Shown: one piece after another, positions 60,496 through 64,000 of the stretch
Numbering within the stretch: the stretch's first letter is position 1
Layout of the letters: each line of letters starts with the position of its first letter
Origin: Thermodesulfobacteriota bacterium
Lineage (GTDB): Bacteria; Desulfobacterota_D; UBA1144; Nemesobacterales; JAJCZQ01
Assembly (NCBI GenBank): GCA_965203965.1
Contig: CBDBDR010000017.1
Location: forward strand, 480,001 to 544,000
Length of the DNA stretch: 64,000 bases
Direction of reading: 5' to 3'
The notes under the pieces: generated by a model
What the model saw: the letters and a program-made list of their open reading frames with translations, nothing else
What the model was told of the DNA's origin: nothing
Database searches by the model: none
Translations under genes and position numbers: made by a program

Positions 60496-60508
60496 TTTGA
60501 GATGATAA

Positions 60509-60538
60509 TTGCAAAATAGATCTATGATGGGGTATAAT
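60509..60538 (+). promoter_or_regulatory. Putative sigma70 promoter for the 60585 lipoprotein gene
   Basis: TTGCAA (60509-14), 18 nt spacer, TATAAT (60533-38). Confidence 0.45.
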
Positions 60539-60584
60539 ATAACTGTAAAGTTAAGAAAATTTTATTTGAAGGAGGTATTGTATC

Positions 60585-61247
60585 ATGTTTAAGAGACAAA
60601 GGTTTAGTATTTTATCTTCACTGTTTTTAGTTCTCGCCATCGGAGGGATGCTGTTGGTATCGTCCTGTGACGACGATGATGATGATTCACCTGCGGCAGC
60701 GCCAGCAGGTGATGGCGCTTCGGTTACAGTTACCATAGTAGATAGGGTCAACTATGTAGGGTATTTTCTCAGTGACACCGCGGAAGGAAATCGTGACTGT
60801 CAAAGAGAAAGATTCACGCTAGCTGAATTGTCAAATGGGCTATATACAACTAGCACGGATGCTACATTTGCCGGTTTCTCTTCTCCACTCACAGGATATG
60901 TAGGGAACGTTCAGGATGCGACAGGTGAAAGCCAGATTGCACTTGGTTACGCGAACGATAACGGGTTTAACGCGGGGGCGTATTACCTTGAGCAAACAGG
61001 TGGAGACGGCACTGCATTTAATGGATTCTGGACAGGACCGGCTTTTCGTTCAGGGACAAGATTTATTTGTCCTTATGTTCTGTATCTAGAAGGAGATGAT
61101 CCTAATATTACTATAATAGACGGCGCCGGTATTACTGCTGAAAATGCAGCTATAAATCTTGCTGCTTGCCAAGCATTACCAGACTTTGCGGATGACGCCG
61201 ATTGCGTAAGATTAGATGACAGACTATTTCCCGACCCTACTTTGTAG
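60585..61247 (+). CDS. Acidic hypothetical lipoprotein
   Basis: AAGGAGGT RBS, lipobox LVSSC followed by poly-Asp, four further Cys. Confidence 0.8.
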   Translation: MFKRQRFSILSSLFLVLAIGGMLLVSSCDDDDDDSPAAAPAGDGASVTVTIVDRVNYVGYFLSDTAEGNRDCQRERFTLAELSNGLYTTSTDATFAGFSSPLTGYVGNVQDATGESQIALGYANDNGFNAGAYYLEQTGGDGTAFNGFWTGPAFRSGTRFICPYVLYLEGDDPNITIIDGAGITAENAAINLAACQALPDFADDADCVRLDDRLFPDPTL

Positions 61248-61285
61248 GTAGTAAAAATAAGGGAAAAATAATATAAGAAAAGAGG

Positions 61286-61969
61286 TTATTCGTAACTGAA
61301 TAGCCTCTTTTCTTTTTCTATGACTTCAGTATATCCAAACTTGCCGATAAACTTCTCTGCAACAACTCCACTAACAAGATCCGTTCCTACCAGTTCTCCA
61401 CGATCACCACACTGTTCTATGGACGTCATCTTAACGTTATTTATTCCGCATGGGATCATTAGGTCAAAAAAATCAAGGTCTGTATTTACGTTAACTGCAA
61501 GCCCGTGATAGGTAACCCATCTTTTTATTCCCACCCCAATAGATGCGATCTTACATCCTTTTGTCCAGACCCCAGTAAGTCCTTCTATCACTTGCCCTTC
61601 AATACCAAATTCCTTAAGAGCTTCTATAATTATCTTTTCCAAGTCCCTTATATACTTATGGACGTCTCTTACATGGTCATTTAGATTGATGATAGGGTAA
61701 CAGACAACCTGTCCGGGACCATGGAACGTTATATCTCCACCTCTGCTTACTTCAAAAAATTCTATATTCTTACTTTTTAGATAGCTCTCGGAAATAATGA
61801 GATTAGACCTATTGCCCCCCCTACCGATCGTTATGGTCGGCGGATGCTCAATCAACAGAAAAGAATCGTTTACCTCGTTATTGATCCTTTTCTCAAGGAG
61901 TTTGAGTTGCAAGTCCATCCCATTTTTGTAACTCATTACCCCAAGACGGTATACATCAAGTGTCTTCAT
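61286..61969 (-). CDS. lipB: Octanoyltransferase LipB
   Basis: EHPP..T.G, RGGDITFHGPGQ, KIASIG, HG.A.N, PCG. Confidence 0.96.
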   Translation of the reverse strand: MKTLDVYRLGVMSYKNGMDLQLKLLEKRINNEVNDSFLLIEHPPTITIGRGGNRSNLIISESYLKSKNIEFFEVSRGGDITFHGPGQVVCYPIINLNDHVRDVHKYIRDLEKIIIEALKEFGIEGQVIEGLTGVWTKGCKIASIGVGIKRWVTYHGLAVNVNTDLDFFDLMIPCGINNVKMTSIEQCGDRGELVGTDLVSGVVAEKFIGKFGYTEVIEKEKRLFSYE

Positions 61970-62013
61970 TGTAAAAACCTGCTCATCTTTCCGTAGATGG
62001 TAGTGAAAAGAAC

Positions 62014-63447
62014 TTACAGGTGTCGCGTTCTACCCAAAGTGCCCAATGCAGCTTCCATAACTGCCTCGGAAAGAGTAGGGTGGGCATGAGATGTGTATGC
62101 AATTTCAAGTGGTGTAGCTTCAAGGGAAGACGCCAATCCAAGTTCGGCTATTAACTCAGTAGCTCCGCTGCCAATAATGTGGGCACCGAGTATTTCATTG
62201 GTCTTTTTATCAGATAGTATTTTCACAAAACCTTCCGTATCACCTACTGCAACTGCTTTACCGGCGGCTTTAAACGGGAACTTTCCAACCGAGTAATCAA
62301 AACCCTGTTCCTTTGCCTGCTTTTCAGTAAGTCCGATCATACCAACTTCAGGCTGACAATAAACGCAGCCCGGTATCCTGTTGTAGTGAACTTTACTTTT
62401 TTTTATCCCATTCATTATTTCTACGGCAACGACACCCTCTTCAGAGGCTTTATGTGCCAACAGAGGGGGGCCTATAACGTCACCAATGGCATAAATACCG
62501 TTTTTAGTGGTCATATAATCCTTATCTGTTTTGATAAAACCGACACTGTCAAGTTCAACACCAACTTCACCCAGCCCCAAGCCGTCTGATTTGCCGTAAT
62601 GACTAAAAGAAGATAGAGCAGTATTTGCAACTGCCTTCCGCCCGATCGCAACCAGTACCAAAGAGGTTTTTATATTTTCTTCCTCACCTGTTTCTATGTC
62701 TTGAACGGTTACAGTTGCCGAGGTTCTTTGCTTTTTTATGGATTTATACTTGGTTCCACAACGTATTTCCACGCCATGTCGCTTAAATACCTTTTGAAGT
62801 TCTATTGCAACCTCTTCGTCTGCGCCTGGGATAATATTTTTTTCCATTTCAACGATCGTAACTTTACTGCCAAACGAGTTGTAAACATAAGCAAATTCAA
62901 CCCCGATGTAACCGCCACCGATGATCACCACGGATTTGGGAATTTCACGGTTCATAATTGCCTCATCACTGGTCATAACTACTTTGCGGTCTATTTCCAA
63001 CCCGGGGATCGTCCTTGGAACCGATCCGGTGGCTATCAGTATTTTGTCCGTCTGGATTTCAAGGTTTTCCTTGTTAAGAACTGCCACTTGGTTTTCTTTT
63101 ATGATCTTGCCAACCCCTTTCAACAAAGTGATATTGTTTTTCCCAAGTAAAAACTCAACACCTTTGTTCAAAGTTGTTGACGCATCTCGGCTCTTACCCA
63201 CTACTTTTGAGTAATCGTATGAGATCCCGCTTGTTTTGATACCATATTTCTCCGAATTGATAATGTAGTTGTAAACTTCTGCGCATTTCAGTATTGCCTT
63301 GGAAGGTATGCACCCCCAGTTTAGACAGACACCTCCAGGCTTGTCTCTCTCTATCACTGCGACATTCATACCGAGTTGTGCTGCACGTATTGCCGCTACG
63401 TAGCCACCCGGTCCGGATCCTATAATAGTTAAGTCAAATTTTTTCAT
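62014..63447 (-). CDS. lpdA: Dihydrolipoamide dehydrogenase (E3)
   Basis: GSGPGGY, GGVCLNWGCIPSK, GGGYIG.E, LAHKA..EG, HAHPTLSE. Confidence 0.97.
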   Translation of the reverse strand: MKKFDLTIIGSGPGGYVAAIRAAQLGMNVAVIERDKPGGVCLNWGCIPSKAILKCAEVYNYIINSEKYGIKTSGISYDYSKVVGKSRDASTTLNKGVEFLLGKNNITLLKGVGKIIKENQVAVLNKENLEIQTDKILIATGSVPRTIPGLEIDRKVVMTSDEAIMNREIPKSVVIIGGGYIGVEFAYVYNSFGSKVTIVEMEKNIIPGADEEVAIELQKVFKRHGVEIRCGTKYKSIKKQRTSATVTVQDIETGEEENIKTSLVLVAIGRKAVANTALSSFSHYGKSDGLGLGEVGVELDSVGFIKTDKDYMTTKNGIYAIGDVIGPPLLAHKASEEGVVAVEIMNGIKKSKVHYNRIPGCVYCQPEVGMIGLTEKQAKEQGFDYSVGKFPFKAAGKAVAVGDTEGFVKILSDKKTNEILGAHIIGSGATELIAELGLASSLEATPLEIAYTSHAHPTLSEAVMEAALGTLGRTRHL

Positions 63448-63570
63448 TGAAACGCATATTATACCAACTATTTATATCAATCAACACAACTTACAGATCA
63501 AACCCTTATAAATACATAAAACCTTTTACTTTTATCATTATCAATTAAAATTTATAAAGAGAGATTATCT

Positions 63571-64000
63571 ATGTCGCAACAAAAAAACAAAGAAACAGCA
63601 CTTCAAGAAGAGATAGAGGACAGGGAATGGATAGAGTCTTTAGAAAACGTTCTTACAAGTTCGGGGCACGACAGAGTGCGAGATTTATTGAAAAAGCTAC
63701 AGGTATATTCGCAAAAAGCTGGTGTGACCGTTCCTTATACTGCTAACACACCATATATAAATACGATCCACGTCAACGATCAGCCGCCCTACCCAGGCAA
63801 TTTTAATCTTGAGAGGAGAATAAGGAACATTGTACGATGGAACGCAATGGCAATGGTCGTAAGGGCTAACAGGATAGATGAAAGTATAGGTGGACACATT
63901 TCTACCTACGCATCCTGTGCCACTTTGTTTGAAGTGGCTTTCAACCATTTCCTGAAAGCAAAAAATAAAGATCAGGACGGAGATATTGTGTATTTTCAAG
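63571..64000 (+). CDS. aceE: Pyruvate dehydrogenase E1 (homodimeric AceE type), 5' part truncated by the window edge
   Basis: Manual translation from ATG 63571: MSQQKNKETALQEEIEDREWIESLE...NTPYINTI...PYPGN...RWNAMAMVVRAN...GGHISTYAS.ATLFEV.FNHF...GDIVYFQ; not in the ORF track because it runs off the edge. Confidence 0.95.
   Translation, partial: MSQQKNKETALQEEIEDREWIESLENVLTSSGHDRVRDLLKKLQVYSQKAGVTVPYTANTPYINTIHVNDQPPYPGNFNLERRIRNIVRWNAMAMVVRANRIDESIGGHISTYASCATLFEVAFNHFLKAKNKDQDGDIVYFQ

Noticed and set aside
806..63214. Many 60-200 aa ORFs overlapping or antisense to well-supported genes (for example 16774-17187, 22266-22733, 37768-38211, 48724-49323)
   Set aside because: Shadow frames of conserved genes with no recognisable motifs
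63697..63999. 100-aa minus-strand ORF at the window end
   Set aside because: Antisense shadow of aceE, which is clear on the plus strand

Overview
AT-rich bacterial chromosomal window, mostly core metabolism. Gene content and order suggest a deltaproteobacteria-like diderm, possibly Ca. Dadabacteria (inference only). It contains trxA, an RND efflux pair, fumC, a Deg protease, a split UvrD helicase / PD-(D/E)XK nuclease pair, two divergent tRNAs, nfeD-stomatin, an Opp/Dpp ABC transporter, yceD-rpmF-fabD-fabG-acpP-fabF, acnA-icd-mdh-sdh(CAB)-sucC, rpoH-dnaK-grpE-dnaK2-dnaJ, thrC-like plus MoaD/ThiS, gloB, metH, a small restriction-modification islet with REP-like hairpins, hisS, lipB-lpdA and the 5' end of aceE. 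The most striking signal is a complete 2-oxoacid-dehydrogenase-type lipoyl domain with an intact ETDKA motif, inserted in frame into the Opp/Dpp substrate-binding lipoprotein, whose signal peptide can only be reached from a non-canonical (ATA) start. Other oddities: a helicase-nuclease pair that looks split by an Arg/Ser-rich insertion with its own RBS, a mycobacterial Sdh1-like succinate dehydrogenase, a divergent second DnaK, and a lysine-free acidic lipoprotein. All family calls come from motif recognition, not database searches.
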